From contig NW_002060973.1 of the NCBI RefSeq assembly GCF_000150275.1, forward strand, positions 390,952 to 454,951: a DNA stretch of 64,000 bases. The letters are read 5' to 3'. Under the pieces are notes generated by a model. That model had not been told where the DNA came from, ran no database searches, and saw nothing but the letters and a program-made list of their open reading frames with translations. This document shows, piece by piece, positions 62,812-64,000 of the stretch; within the stretch, counting starts at the first letter, position 1, and each line of letters starts with the position of its first letter. A program made the translations under genes and the position numbers. The stretch is from Trichoplax adhaerens. Taxonomy: Eukaryota > Animalia > Placozoa.

Positions 62812-64000
62812 ATTTCTATAGTTTTCGGGAAGCAGTATCCTTTAATTAATCACAAGAACTGAGACACCTTTACTTATGCGTTACAAAACTATAGAATTAA
62901 TTTTATTCAATGACCTGTCGAAAGTTTAAATACCTTTTGGTAGTAGCTAACTTTGATGAATCGTCTCACAACAGTATTTATCGATAAGTACATTTACTGT
63001 CTGATTTTACCTAATCAGACAACAGTATATCCACTCTCGGAGTCTTTCAATACACCTATAATCTACCCTTAGTTAGAATTTCGATTAGAACAGCTTGTAA
63101 TTTCTTCCAGTACTACATAAGAATTACATAATAATACAATATATAATTTATTGTAACGCATTATAACTTCAGTAACTTTTACTGTGAGCAACTAAATGTA
63201 ATCATAATATATGAATGTTATTAATTCAGTAAATTTAGCCATTTAATTCTTCACGATAGTTTGTACAGCTACTGCCAATAAGTGTATATATTTGTTATAT
63301 TAGTCGTACTCTATTTACATCTAAATGTTGATTTTTTTAAATGCAAAATGCATACTTACAAATATAAAAGTGATATTATTTGAAGAGAAGTGTTGTATGT
63401 TAAGGTGTAATATTCAGTGATTGTTAATGCTTGATAACAGTTTCCGCTCAAATAAATGATAGCATTCAGCTAAACTTTCAATGTTTTTATCGTAAGAAAT
63501 ATGTGCTGACTTTCAAGAAATATAGAAAATCGTTATACCCACTATGACATATTTTATTTCTAATCATATTCTGATCTGGTTAAAATCTAAAAAAGTTACA
63601 ATTGAAATTTGTGTAGCAATATGACAGTGTTAAATACTGTATTAGAGTAGCAATATCTATGTTATGATAATTTTGTTAGCCTATCCTTATTTAGTTAACT
63701 TCTAATTTGGATATACAGTGTTTTAATATAGCACTGACTTTTTATGACAGAGACACATATACACATACTGAAATTAATAGTTATAATAGGGAATGCAAAT
63801 CGTATACTTACAGTTCGAATCATTGTGATTGTAACTTACTTATGGCAGATTGTAAATTATCATGAAAATGTTCCGTGATAGGACATATCGTAATCTGACT
63901 ATTTTGTATTAATCATTACGTGTCTATGCTCGTAAATACTGTTGTCTGCATTAACGGAGCAGTAGCTAAAATTATAATCTAATTCAGTAAATGATCCAAT
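62812..64000 (+). repeat. Near-identical copy of 22555-~23743 (gene 2 intron 16, including most of a family B element from 63620)
   Basis: Base-for-base match with only about ten differences over about 1.19 kb. Confidence 0.92.

Overview
AT-rich eukaryotic (animal) genomic DNA with short GT-AG introns and two 50-N assembly gaps. The style suggests a placozoan such as Trichoplax, but this is inference. The window holds a head-to-tail tandem array, with a period of about 40.4 kb, of three + strand paralogous genes encoding very large leucine-rich-repeat GPCRs. Their 7TM and hinge resemble type C LGRs (RXFP/GRL101), but no LDLa module is visible. Gene 1 is present as its 3' end (340-7135/7228), gene 2 is complete (11430-46985) and gene 3 as its 5' part (51831-62545+). 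Read by hand, gene 2 has 62 exons: signal peptide, LRRNT cap, 59 single-LRR micro-exons (66-123 nt, all symmetric phase 2-2) and one large hinge+7TM+tail exon. The spliced frame is 6279 nt (about 2092 aa) with no stop seen. The ORF track shows only the two 7TM exons. Paralog comparison shows whole-exon gain and loss in the N-terminal LRR block, a hypervariable Cys-bounded loop in a membrane-proximal LRR, and one conserved NPAF motif in otherwise divergent tails. Introns and spacers contain at least four families of TG..CA solo-LTR-like elements with 5-bp TSDs (some nested) and a non-autonomous Helitron. The last 1.2 kb, after a gap, is an almost identical copy of a gene 2 intron.
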